DNA of 64,000 nucleotides, taken from the NCBI GenBank assembly GCA_964388575.1, contig CAYMAZ010000002.1, positions 4,657 to 68,656 of the forward strand, read 5' to 3'. Each line of letters begins with the position of its first letter. Position 1 is the first letter of the stretch. Shown here one piece after another: positions 38,101-47,048 of this stretch. This DNA is from an uncultured Bacteroidales bacterium (GTDB lineage: Bacteria > Bacteroidota > Bacteroidia > Bacteroidales > DTU049). Below the pieces are notes generated by a model, which worked only from the letters and a program-made list of their open reading frames with translations, was not told the origin of the DNA and ran no database searches. Made by a program: the position numbers and the translations under genes.

Positions 38101-38498
38101 CAAATGGAAATGCGATAATTGAAGATATTAATTCCGGATTGCTTGGATCATACTATGTAGTTGTAAAGCACAGGAACAGTATCGAAACCTGGAGTGCGTT
38201 ACCGTTATCATTTGCAGGCACAGGGCCTTTCTACTACAACCTTACAAATACAGCCAGTGCAGCATTCGGAAATAATTTAAAGCCTGTTGCAGGAGGATTG
38301 TATGCTATCTACGGAGGTGATGCCAGTCAGGATGGCATTGTGGATGGTTCTGACATGTCACTGATTGACAACGCTGGTATCAATCTGTTAACGGGATATC
38401 TTTTTCAGGATATCAATGGTGACGGGGTCGTGGATGGAAGCGACATGTTAATAATTGATAATAACTCAAGTATATTGATCCAAAAGCAGGTTCCCTAA
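35160..38498 (+). CDS. Multidomain secreted M14 zinc carboxypeptidase: M14, transthyretin-like domain, 2 PKD, GEVED, Cys-repeat modules, dockerin-like C-terminus
   Basis: 1112 aa with a signal peptide. M14 motifs: STMHGDETVG (HxxE), NPDG, NRNF, FHGG. Two PKD domains are present (WHFGDGTTSNDVNPVHTYSSGGIYTV; LYTVSLTASNGNG). A GEVED motif is present (YGEVEDYSVNV). The C-terminal pair of Ca-binding-like repeats reads DASQDGIVDGSDMSLIDN and DINGDGVVDGSDMLIIDN. Confidence 0.85.
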   Translation: MKKILLLIIMLKCVSHSIAQNETQQDIVNKTFGGNPELYFSFPLQSQEIMLKLTRIISIDNVKNNEVIAVANRKEFENFLEFNIPYTILPSPFEMLPHEARVMTEDMTNKSTYAWDAYPTYQAYLDMMAQFAIDYPALCRIDTIGYSVQGRLLLSAVISDNVHTDEDEPEFFYSSTMHGDETVGYILMLRLIDYLLSNYGTNPEVTNIVNSIEIYINPNANPDGTYYGGNSTVTAARRNNYNNYDLNRNFPDPTGDQNPGGTRQIETQYFMDYALERDFVMSANFHGGAELSNYPWDYTTTNHPDKQWWIMISTEYAASAQNNSPSGYFDDYYSGFDSPGVTEGASWYIVYGSRQDYALHYAYDREITIEVSATKNPAASNLPNYWNYNYQALILCMKQVLYGFRGIVTDACTNDPVKAKIELIGHDAMNSHVFSSLPAGNYHRPVKAGTYTIRASAPGYIDQQYTNVSVTEYNTVIRNFQMVAEPPVVQFTANTLYSCAGTIEFVNNSTAPQDVVYTWHFGDGTTSNDVNPVHTYSSGGIYTVKLYANTCAGTDSLIRNDYIEIALNVPPIADFVSGNLTPNLNATVAFTDLSECIPTGWLWNFSPSGAVIYLNGTDSTSQNPMVSFSQTGLYTVSLTASNGNGNHIVTKTNYINVTNFTYCTLTATNLSDEWISDISFAGIQNSSVSTGYSDFRHIAGNVNPDSAYAFSGTISMTGSGWSEYVSVWIDWDQDGTFGINERYQIGSCSSNGCMVSNTITVPSGALPGTTVMRVALLYNSFRTDPCDSYTYGEVEDYSVNVLPVITCADFEETTNATVCNGDSVVWRGTGYSISGTYYDSLLTTNPAGCDSVYVLNLTVNPAYHYYEEVIVLDADLPYIWYGDSYFAPGTYFKNYQSMNGCDSIYEMNLIVMNLPVLKTLNLTVLLEGLCSETVPGMMNQAMNGTFPQFSGGFADVITIELYNATDVSQRVYLNENVMLDTNGNAIIEDINSGLLGSYYVVVKHRNSIETWSALPLSFAGTGPFYYNLTNTASAAFGNNLKPVAGGLYAIYGGDASQDGIVDGSDMSLIDNAGINLLTGYLFQDINGDGVVDGSDMLIIDNNSSILIQKQVP

Positions 38499-38627
38499 GA
38501 TTACACAAGTTTCATTATATTTTCCTTTTTCAAATATCCTTTTCTTAGCGTACAACTCATGTACAAGAAGTTATTGGTCAAAATTTTCTCTACCTTTGCA
38601 TCAATTATTTCATTAAATTTCAAAAAC

Positions 38628-41519
38628 ATGACCTTATTTTCGAGGATTTTAAAAAAACCGAGTTTATTTTTATTCTTCTTCTTTATATTTCTGGAATGCA
38701 ATGCCCAACAACTTCAGCAACACTGGATACAATCTTTTCAGGGACAGGGAAAGGCTTCAGACCGTATTGCTGCTATTCATACTGATCCATCCGGAAATGT
38801 CTATGTGGCGGGACATGCCGGTAATCAACGCGGTGCTCCCGATGCGTTTGCCATGAAACGCAATGCTCAGGGCGACACATTATGGACATACTATTATGAC
38901 GGTGGCGGAAAAAATAATGACTATGCAACAGCCATTTCTGTTGACAATGCTGGCAATACCTACATCACAGGCCGTTCACAAAATGCATCCTATTTATATG
39001 AATGTTTCTCAGCAAAAATTCTACCTTCAGGAACACAGGCCTGGGTCCAGCGCTATTCCCCAGGGAGCAACACACAGAGCTATGGAAATGCCATCACTGT
39101 TGACACTGCAGGAAACGTATATGTTGCAGGATATACAGATCCAACGTCAGGAAGTAACGACTGGCTGGTTATCAAGTACAATGCTACCGGCACTCAGGAA
39201 TGGGTAGATATCCTCAATGGACCCGGAGGCGGTGACGACGAAGCTATGGATGTAGTCATTGCCCCAAACGGCAATCCGACAGTGTGCGGTTATACTTATT
39301 CAGTCAATACGTCAGGAGGTGTCAATGCTTTTGTAAAACAATATACACCTGCAAATGGCACAGTGTGGACTGACACCTGGACAAACCCGGCATTTACAGG
39401 AACTGATAAAGCTTTTAACCTCGGCTACAGTTCCGGGGGCGATCTGTTCGTCGGCGGTGAAACAAGAAACAGCACAGGTTCCAATCGCGATGCTTTTGCA
39501 ATGCGCTACGATTCCACCGGAAACCGTCTCTGGGCTACAATTTATGCCGATGCAACAACAACCATGGATGAATACCTCCGAAAAGTGGTCATTGATAATT
39601 CAGGCAATCTGTATTTCACAGGAACTGATTATCAAAATGGTTATGTAACTTGTATCAGAAACGACGGGACCATGGGATGGCGCAGAAAATGGAACGGACC
39701 TCTCAGCAATGGTTCAGATGTTTTTCATGGCATCACAGTGGATAACGCAGGAGGTGTTTACGTTACAGGACGCGGTGTTTATTCCGGACCCGATTATTAC
39801 GCAAACGGTGGCTTGCCAAACATGATCATTTCAAAATACAATTCCAACGGAGATTCCCTGTGGACTTATCGTTGCCTTGATTCAACAAACAGTTCAATGG
39901 GCTTTACAATCACATACAACGACGGAAAAATATTCGCAGGCGGGTTCACAACTGACACTGCCTACATCAATGAAAATCTGTATACCATCATTCTCGACAC
40001 ATCAGGAAGTGCCATTTCAGAATGGATTTACAATGGTATTGGAGAGTCCAGAACAATGGGGCAGTTTGTTCGTACAGATTCAAGCAACAACGTCTATTGT
40101 GCTGCAACCATCGATCGGCTTTACGGAGAGGGAACAGATGTGGTCGTCATTAAATACGATCCTGCTGGGAATCTCCTCTCGGAGAGTTATTACAGCTCAC
40201 CAGGGTTTCACAATGACACAATCACTGCAATGCAGTTTCATCCTTCTGGGGACCTGGTATTATGTATTGCATCGGATATCAATAAGCTTCAATCCAATTA
40301 CCGTTTATCACTGCTCCGAATGGACACGAACGGTAATTTTACAGATACCAGCTGGTATTCATTTCCCGGAAATGTTCTGGCAAAATCCATGGATATCAGC
40401 CCCAACGGCAGCATTGCCATTGCTGCAAGCCAGAATACCAACACCGGAATGATCTTCTTTTTCGATTCATTGTTCACCCCGGCATGGGCAGCAAAAATTG
40501 ACTCTGCGGCAAGTGTGACGAGAGCAAATAGTGTGACTTTCTTTGCAAACAATGATATTATTGTAGGAGGCAGAAGTAGTTCAGGTGGTATAACTGGGAT
40601 AATTCAAAGATTTGATCAGGCTGGGACAAAGCTCTGGACAGCAATTATTGACTCAGTAAACGTTATTGATGAAATCAAGGATGTAACTGTAAATGCTCAG
40701 GAAGAAATTGCATACACTGGACTTTCAGGTAATCAGTCAATTTTAGGTAAAATCGACGGCACAAACGGCAGCAGTATCTGGCACAAAGTCTATAATGCAC
40801 CAACCACAAGCGAATACGGAGTAAAAGTCAGATTTACACCCGCAGGAAATATTGCATTTATTTGCAGGGGATGGACAGGTTATGTTGCACGCTACTACAC
40901 TGTTCAGTATAGTGGTGCAGGTGTATTTCAGTGGTCAATGGTCTACAGTCAGACGGCCAGCGACCGTGAACCACTGGCAATCCTTGTTGAACCCAGCAAC
41001 AGGGTTGTTACAGCAGGCTGGGCCATCAACGGATCAACAACAAATTATGATTATGTGCTTGCCGGCTACAGCCTAACCGGAACTGTTGAGTTCATCAATA
41101 CTTACACGTCTTCAGCATCAACAAGCTGGGATCAACTGCGTGATCTGGCAAGGGATTTCAACGGAGACTTCATCGTCACCGGGCAGCAGGCAAGTGAATT
41201 TTTCAACAATTATTTGTTCCGCATGGTGACAATCAAATACGGTGGCACTTGGGTCGGTGAAGCAGACATCAATCCCTCAAAGGAACATAACGCTTTTGTT
41301 TATCCAAATCCATCTTCTGATGGTCGGTTTGTGATTGCAGATTCATCTCCAGAACAGATCATCTACGGTAGGGTGTTTGACATGACAGGGCGCTTCGTTG
41401 CTACCGTTAACACAGAATCATTCACAATTGATATGAATAACGCAAAACCCGGTATTTATGTATTGGTCATAACCAGAGAAGACCTCACAACTGAAAGAAT
41501 TATACTTGTTCTCAACTGA
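38628..41519 (+). CDS. SBBP-type beta-propeller repeat protein with a T9SS sorting domain
   Basis: The ATG at 38628 gives MTLFSRILKKPSLFLFFFFIFLECNAQ. Many repeats of D-x-(A/S)GN-(V/I/L)Y-(V/I/F)-(A/T)G are present. The C-terminal T9SS domain reads VYPNPSSDGRFVI... Confidence 0.7.
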   Translation: MTLFSRILKKPSLFLFFFFIFLECNAQQLQQHWIQSFQGQGKASDRIAAIHTDPSGNVYVAGHAGNQRGAPDAFAMKRNAQGDTLWTYYYDGGGKNNDYATAISVDNAGNTYITGRSQNASYLYECFSAKILPSGTQAWVQRYSPGSNTQSYGNAITVDTAGNVYVAGYTDPTSGSNDWLVIKYNATGTQEWVDILNGPGGGDDEAMDVVIAPNGNPTVCGYTYSVNTSGGVNAFVKQYTPANGTVWTDTWTNPAFTGTDKAFNLGYSSGGDLFVGGETRNSTGSNRDAFAMRYDSTGNRLWATIYADATTTMDEYLRKVVIDNSGNLYFTGTDYQNGYVTCIRNDGTMGWRRKWNGPLSNGSDVFHGITVDNAGGVYVTGRGVYSGPDYYANGGLPNMIISKYNSNGDSLWTYRCLDSTNSSMGFTITYNDGKIFAGGFTTDTAYINENLYTIILDTSGSAISEWIYNGIGESRTMGQFVRTDSSNNVYCAATIDRLYGEGTDVVVIKYDPAGNLLSESYYSSPGFHNDTITAMQFHPSGDLVLCIASDINKLQSNYRLSLLRMDTNGNFTDTSWYSFPGNVLAKSMDISPNGSIAIAASQNTNTGMIFFFDSLFTPAWAAKIDSAASVTRANSVTFFANNDIIVGGRSSSGGITGIIQRFDQAGTKLWTAIIDSVNVIDEIKDVTVNAQEEIAYTGLSGNQSILGKIDGTNGSSIWHKVYNAPTTSEYGVKVRFTPAGNIAFICRGWTGYVARYYTVQYSGAGVFQWSMVYSQTASDREPLAILVEPSNRVVTAGWAINGSTTNYDYVLAGYSLTGTVEFINTYTSSASTSWDQLRDLARDFNGDFIVTGQQASEFFNNYLFRMVTIKYGGTWVGEADINPSKEHNAFVYPNPSSDGRFVIADSSPEQIIYGRVFDMTGRFVATVNTESFTIDMNNAKPGIYVLVITREDLTTERIILVLN

Positions 41520-41623
41520 TAATCTAGATGTTAAAAGAAGACATGAAGAGTTTTGTGATAACTTAAAAAACAGGTTTTCACTTTTTTCAATTCGAAATGC
41601 ATAAAAAGTCTACAAAGACATAT

Positions 41624-42484
41624 CTATTGTATCAGAAAAGTATCTCTGACAACTGCTGATGCTCCGAAAAATCCCAATCCGCCGTTACTGAAATTTGTAT
41701 AAACAGTACCGGGAGAAACATCCATCAACCCTCCCCTCCATTCGGTCTCAAGTAGCAATGACCTTCTGAATTTGCGGTGCTCTTCACTAAGTGCGTATTT
41801 GGTCTGATACACAACAGCACCCTGGGGAAAATACTGATTTTGCTGCTGAGGAGAAAAAATCTGTCCCTGGTCAAGGACCTTCAGGTCATAGTAATAAATT
41901 CTTGCACGACAGCTGTCAGGATCAACACCCGCATATCCTGGAAGAAAATCCCAGTAAATCTGAAACTCCCACATTGCAGGCTCATTAGTGTACATTGCTG
42001 AACCGGATTCCTGGAAATAATATCTCGTACTGTCGGAACCTGCCTGTAAAAATAAACCCCGGTTTGATGGCGAAACCTGAATCATCCTGTCTGATGCATC
42101 ATAGATTTTTTCATTGTAAACTACACTGCATCGGATTTCTTCCCCGATTATTCCCTGAAATGGCTGATCAGAGATGTACAATCCCGGTTGCTGAATTGAT
42201 TCTGAAAAACTGTAATCTGTATTTCCGACTGAAACGATCACCTGTGCTCCGATCAGTGGAATAAACAATGAATTGGGATCAGAACGCACCAAACTCAGTC
42301 TTACAGACTGTTCCTGTAGTTCATTTGTAATGACCGCCTCAACCACAGGAATTTCTTCTTTCACTTCATTGTAGTCCCAATTGAAAAGCTTTTCACATGA
42401 TGAAAACAGAACTGCCTGAAAGACCAGCAAAAAGACTGTCAGGCACTGAAACATGAAACCAGAAAAAAATGCTTTGTCTTTCAT
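41624..42484 (-). CDS. DUF4249-like lipoprotein, partner of the upstream TonB-dependent receptor
   Basis: 286 aa with a lipoprotein-like N-terminus (LFSSC). It lies 4 nt downstream of the receptor gene. The family assignment rests on context and size, from recollection. Confidence 0.6.
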   Translation of the reverse strand: MKDKAFFSGFMFQCLTVFLLVFQAVLFSSCEKLFNWDYNEVKEEIPVVEAVITNELQEQSVRLSLVRSDPNSLFIPLIGAQVIVSVGNTDYSFSESIQQPGLYISDQPFQGIIGEEIRCSVVYNEKIYDASDRMIQVSPSNRGLFLQAGSDSTRYYFQESGSAMYTNEPAMWEFQIYWDFLPGYAGVDPDSCRARIYYYDLKVLDQGQIFSPQQQNQYFPQGAVVYQTKYALSEEHRKFRRSLLLETEWRGGLMDVSPGTVYTNFSNGGLGFFGASAVVRDTFLIQ

Positions 42485-42488
42485 TGTT

Positions 42489-45134
42489 TTAAAAATGGAA
42501 GTTATATTTTAATGTGGGAATGACACCAAGCAGAATGATCTGTGAGGGCTGAAGCTGATTCTCCCCGTAGTAATCTGAAGGCACAACAAACTTGCCGTCA
42601 TCGTCGATCATTTTATTGAAATGGATAATGGCAGGATTCTTATGATTGGTTAGATTGTACACAGAAAATGTGATGTAATTTTTAAACTTTCTGTGTGGTT
42701 TGTTCAGCATGAACTGGGCAGAAACATCCGTCCTGAAATAATCGGGCATTTTTGAATTGTTTTTCTGACTATACACCGGAACTTTGTATCCCATGTAATC
42801 ATAATACCCTGTGGGAGTTGTAAACGGCATTCCCGAAGCATACACGACACCGAGAGTATACAACCAGCGTTGCCCCGGCTGCCATCTCAGAAACAGGGAA
42901 ACATCAACCGGACGATCACTGAAAGCAGGATAGGGATTCCCGTTATTCACATCGTCAATAATTTTCACAGCTTTTGTATAAGCATACCCAATCCACCCCT
43001 GCAAACGTCCTTTTTCTTTTCGCAACATCACTTCAACACCTCCTGCATATGTTTTTCCGAATCTCAACTCCCTTTCAATCAGCGGATTCAGAAATAAACT
43101 CGCCTGATTTTCATAATCAAACTGATGATGCATCATTTTTGCAAAAACTTCAACACTAAGTGTCATCATATACTTTCTTAACAAGTTGTACCAGCCGAGT
43201 GCTGCCTGATCTACAGCCTGTGGGAGCACATTGGGAGTACTGGGATACCAAACCTCAATTGGTGTGAACGGACTGACTGAATTGGACAACACCTGATGAT
43301 ACTGATGTGCTCTGAAGTAATTAAACTTGACAGATTGATCCTCAGCAAACAGTTTTGTTATAGTAAATGATGGATCAAGCCGGAGGTATGTATTGTATCT
43401 GCCTGAATTCCCTTCAAAAATTGTATCTGCAATCTGATGTTGTCCATCAAAAATGTAATATTCCGCCGGACCATAATTAGCATACGTAGAAAATCTTAAT
43501 CCATATCGTACAAATAACTTTTCAGAAAGTATTCTCTGTGTGCTGAAATAAAAACTGCTCTCACCGGTTGTCAGGCTTTCAATCTGAGGGATATTAAACG
43601 GAGAACTGTTGAGATCTGTAAGTATTACACCCGGATTAAAACCATGGTAACAGGCATGGTACCCAAAATAATGGGTCACCTTGTGAGACCTGAAAAAAGT
43701 AAAATCATTTTTCAACCCGGCAGTGGAAATCTGGGAATTCCAGCGCGTTGAACTGTTATATGACTGATACAGATCATACGAATAAATGCTTACATATAGA
43801 ATTGAGTTTGAAAATAACCTGTCATTCCATATCCTGTTCCATCTGAGTGAAGTCAGAAAATTCCCCCACTGAATTCCCTGCCTGTCATTGCCGTTTTTCA
43901 GGATAAATCTGTCAAGCCCGCCGTAAAATGAATAATACAACCTGTTTCTTGAGTTGAGAGAAATATTGTACTTCAGGTGCAGATCAGAAAAGCTGAACTT
44001 ATCAACATTTTTCATGAGAACATTGGCAAGGGCTTCAATATGAGAAGACCTGGCAGAAACGTAAAATGAACTTCTCTTTTTGAATAATGGGCCTTCAAAT
44101 GATAATCTTGAAGTGAGCAGACCCCATTCTCCGGCCATTCCAAAGTTGTTTCTGTTGCCTTCTTTCGTTCTCAGTTCAAGAACTGAAGACAACTTTCCTC
44201 CCACCCATGCAGGAAAATCACTTTTGTGAAGCCTGATCTCGGTCAGGGTTTCAGGATTGATGCCCGAAAAAAAACCAAACAGATGCGAAGGATTGTAAAG
44301 CGGGGCATCGTCAAGCAGGATCAGATTCTGGTCCCTTTCACCACCACGAACATAATAATAATTGGAACCATCAACAGTATTTTTAATTCCGGGCATCAGT
44401 TGTAAAGACTTTAATACATCCGGTTCTGAAAAAAACACAGGCATCCGGGCCAGTTTTGAAGGGGAAGGCTCATCAACACCCAGTCTGTTAGCCACTATAA
44501 ATTTATTACTGTCTTCACGATCAACAATTTCTATGGGCTTAAGTGCAATTTCATCAATGTTCATTTTAAATGTATGATTGATGTCCTGTTTAAGATTGAC
44601 AATGAGTGAATCCTGCTTATATCCAAGAAATGAGCACTTCATGATATAATCGCCTGAAGGTATTGTCAGAGAATAAAATCCATATCCATTTGTTGTTGTG
44701 CCATACCTCACATCTGAAGTATAAACTGTTGCCCCAGGGATGGCTTCCTGCGAAGTCTTGTCATATACATAGCCACTAACTGTGAAATAAACTGTTGTTG
44801 ATTTCTCGGGGAATAATTCCGGTGGCGCAATCTCCTTCAACGGCTTGATCACATACTGATTCTCAACAAATCTGTATGATAACTTCAGAGGTTTGCAGAT
44901 TTCCTTCAGCGCCTGTTCAGCAGACCTGTTCCTGAAATTCACCGTGACCTTTGCATCAACAGGGATCTGGCTGACACTGTATGAAACAGGAACACCAGAC
45001 TGCCTGGAAATCTCTTTTAACACATCCTGCAGGGGGGCATCTTTCACATTCAGAGTCACCTTATTGCCCTCCGGTTGAGCAATGATCATATTTGCAAACA
45101 GAAAGGCTGCAATGAAAGTAAAACAGATCCTCAT
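42489..45134 (-). CDS. TonB-dependent receptor with an N-terminal STN signalling domain and a carboxypeptidase-regulatory-like domain
   Basis: The track ORF extends to 45248. The ATG at 45134 gives a signal peptide, MRICFTFIAAFLFANMIIAQ. The STN-like segment reads VKDAPLQDVLKEISRQSGVPVSYS. The CarbopepD_reg-like segment reads SGYVYDKTSQEAIPGATVY. The plug reads DVLKSLQLMPGI..YVRGG. A long barrel ends in F. Confidence 0.85.
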   Translation of the reverse strand: MRICFTFIAAFLFANMIIAQPEGNKVTLNVKDAPLQDVLKEISRQSGVPVSYSVSQIPVDAKVTVNFRNRSAEQALKEICKPLKLSYRFVENQYVIKPLKEIAPPELFPEKSTTVYFTVSGYVYDKTSQEAIPGATVYTSDVRYGTTTNGYGFYSLTIPSGDYIMKCSFLGYKQDSLIVNLKQDINHTFKMNIDEIALKPIEIVDREDSNKFIVANRLGVDEPSPSKLARMPVFFSEPDVLKSLQLMPGIKNTVDGSNYYYVRGGERDQNLILLDDAPLYNPSHLFGFFSGINPETLTEIRLHKSDFPAWVGGKLSSVLELRTKEGNRNNFGMAGEWGLLTSRLSFEGPLFKKRSSFYVSARSSHIEALANVLMKNVDKFSFSDLHLKYNISLNSRNRLYYSFYGGLDRFILKNGNDRQGIQWGNFLTSLRWNRIWNDRLFSNSILYVSIYSYDLYQSYNSSTRWNSQISTAGLKNDFTFFRSHKVTHYFGYHACYHGFNPGVILTDLNSSPFNIPQIESLTTGESSFYFSTQRILSEKLFVRYGLRFSTYANYGPAEYYIFDGQHQIADTIFEGNSGRYNTYLRLDPSFTITKLFAEDQSVKFNYFRAHQYHQVLSNSVSPFTPIEVWYPSTPNVLPQAVDQAALGWYNLLRKYMMTLSVEVFAKMMHHQFDYENQASLFLNPLIERELRFGKTYAGGVEVMLRKEKGRLQGWIGYAYTKAVKIIDDVNNGNPYPAFSDRPVDVSLFLRWQPGQRWLYTLGVVYASGMPFTTPTGYYDYMGYKVPVYSQKNNSKMPDYFRTDVSAQFMLNKPHRKFKNYITFSVYNLTNHKNPAIIHFNKMIDDDGKFVVPSDYYGENQLQPSQIILLGVIPTLKYNFHF

Positions 45135-45244
45135 AAACTGAAAATTAGGTGCAAATATACGCTGAGATTTCATGTTTCGCAAAAAACTTCTGCCAGTCAA
45201 TTCATAAATTCTTCTTAAAAAAGCATGATAACTACAATCATCCA

Positions 45245-46177
45245 TCAATATTCAACAATTTCGCAGACACATCTGAATCCCAACCAGTCGCGCGGGCCAA
45301 AATACTCAACACGCTTTGTATAATCAGCAGTGGTGTCCTGATCACGCCATGAAATTCCGACAGCCAGTTTTTCGATGCTTGTCATTTCTGCAATATTCCC
45401 CGGAACGTAATAAAATTCAGACTTACGCTTCTGCGGAACTGCAGGCATTGTACATGCAATATTGTGCGGAAAGACCGCTTTGTTTAATATGATATTCTGA
45501 GAAAACTTTTTCATGGCCTCATCCCACTCTTCCGGAGTAGGCAATCTGTATCTGATCTTTGTATAATATTTTGCCCGTTGCTTTTCATCCTTTGACTCCA
45601 CAGCCCAGCGGAAAAGCACAATTCTTGTCCTCCATTCTGTATACTGAAGTGCCTGTGAGTAACTGATACAAATGACAGGATTCTGATTGAAGGTTGGATT
45701 TTGCATATATTCCTCAAGGTTTTGTGCCCATGCAAGCGTTTGATCGAGCCTGATTCTTGCCCTGCCAAGCATTTCCCTGTCATTTCCCGAATTTCGCATG
45801 AATTTTTTGAATGCTTCATAATTCACCCCCCACAAGGGCAAACGATCCATCGAATCCCTCACTTCCTTGGAGTATGTAATACTCAGAAAACTGACATATT
45901 CCCTGTAATCTATATTTGAAACAGGATTCACATCAATATACACGGAATCATTCAATACGACTGTGCCGGGAGGTGCAGTTTTCGGCTTGAGTGCAGGGAC
46001 TACCTTTTCCTTTTTCGGAGCCTTTTTCTTTTGAATGGTTGACACGTCCTGTTCAGGCTTCGGGGTTTTTACCCTGACTTTTTTTGGCTTTTTTCCTTCA
46101 ATTTCTTCCTGTGCCTTCAACTGATATGCCGGAAAACAAAGAATGAAAACTAAAAAAAATTGAAAACACAACTTCAT
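45245..46177 (-). CDS. Formylglycine-generating-enzyme (SUMF1/FGE) fold protein with a Lys/Pro-rich N-terminal linker
   Basis: The ATG at 46177 gives MKLCFQFFLVFILCFPAYQLKAQ. A K/P-rich stretch follows (GKKPKKVRVKTPKPE..KKKAPKKEK). FGE-fold landmarks: NIDYREYV, NPVICISYSQALQYTEW, YRLPTPEEWDEA, GNIAEM, WLGFRCV. Confidence 0.6.
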   Translation of the reverse strand: MKLCFQFFLVFILCFPAYQLKAQEEIEGKKPKKVRVKTPKPEQDVSTIQKKKAPKKEKVVPALKPKTAPPGTVVLNDSVYIDVNPVSNIDYREYVSFLSITYSKEVRDSMDRLPLWGVNYEAFKKFMRNSGNDREMLGRARIRLDQTLAWAQNLEEYMQNPTFNQNPVICISYSQALQYTEWRTRIVLFRWAVESKDEKQRAKYYTKIRYRLPTPEEWDEAMKKFSQNIILNKAVFPHNIACTMPAVPQKRKSEFYYVPGNIAEMTSIEKLAVGISWRDQDTTADYTKRVEYFGPRDWLGFRCVCEIVEY

Positions 46178-46316
46178 GAAATAACCCAAGTCAAAAATTA
46201 TAATTTTTTATATCGAAAAAAATCCTCATTTGTTACAAAGATGTGTGTAATTTATAAAACTTCCGTAATTTTACACATTGGAATAATCTTTGATAAAAAA
46301 CAAATAAAATACAATT

Positions 46317-46994
46317 ATGAAATTGAAACACCTCGTTTTTTTTGCATTTGCAAGTCTGATTTTATTTTCGTGTGACACATTATTTCAGGATGAAACACCT
46401 ACCAAAACAAAAATGGAAGCTGTGTGGGAAGTGACATCTGTGCTGAATTCCAACAACCAGGAAATTGTTAATCAGTTGAAATTCCCAATACTCGCTTTTC
46501 ACCTGAGCAGTGACAACACTGTTATATCTACAGCCGGACCATTGATAATGTTTATCGTTTACGGTGACAATAATTATGCACAGATATCATCACAGATTGA
46601 TCAGGTTTTTAACTATGTATCACTGAATTTTAACGGTGGCGAGTTTTTTATTGGCGGGGGCACACAGAGCCGGTTCACACTTGAAATGAAAATCGAAGGC
46701 GTGGGTGGTGTCAGTGCATTGACATCATTGCTTGAACTTATCGGAATTAATCCTTCTTTTCGGTTTCCGGTAATTTACCATAAGTTTATGGACGTCAAAG
46801 TCAGCTTTTATGAAAAAGACGAAACCATGATGTGGGAATTTGATTCCATGACAACAGCTGTTTATAACACCAAAGACAATTACGGAAACTACATTCTCTG
46901 GCAGGGCTGGCCGGTCGACAATTTCCAGAAATGCAAAATCACACTCAAAAAACGTTCAAAAGAGCTTCGTGACCTGGTCCAGGAAGCATCATAA
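46317..46994 (+). CDS. Lipoprotein, function unknown (lipocalin-like size)
   Basis: 225 aa with a lipobox, ASLILFSC. No motif was recognised. Confidence 0.5.
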   Translation: MKLKHLVFFAFASLILFSCDTLFQDETPTKTKMEAVWEVTSVLNSNNQEIVNQLKFPILAFHLSSDNTVISTAGPLIMFIVYGDNNYAQISSQIDQVFNYVSLNFNGGEFFIGGGTQSRFTLEMKIEGVGGVSALTSLLELIGINPSFRFPVIYHKFMDVKVSFYEKDETMMWEFDSMTTAVYNTKDNYGNYILWQGWPVDNFQKCKITLKKRSKELRDLVQEAS

Positions 46995-47013
46995 TTTTGA
47001 AAATATTAATTTT

Positions 47014-47039
47014 AAAAGCCTCTTTTCAGAGGCTTTTTT
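47014..47039 (+). terminator. Rho-independent terminator
   Basis: AAAAGCCTCT-tttc-AGAGGCTTTT, followed by a T-run. Confidence 0.75.
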
Positions 47040-47048
47040 ACTTTAACA

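Noticed and set aside
37950-38498. Reading the dockerin-like repeats as evidence of a cellulosome-type system
   Set aside because: No cohesin-like or scaffoldin-like gene is visible in the window. Dockerin-like EF-hand repeats also occur outside cellulosomes. Only the unusual C-terminus is reported.
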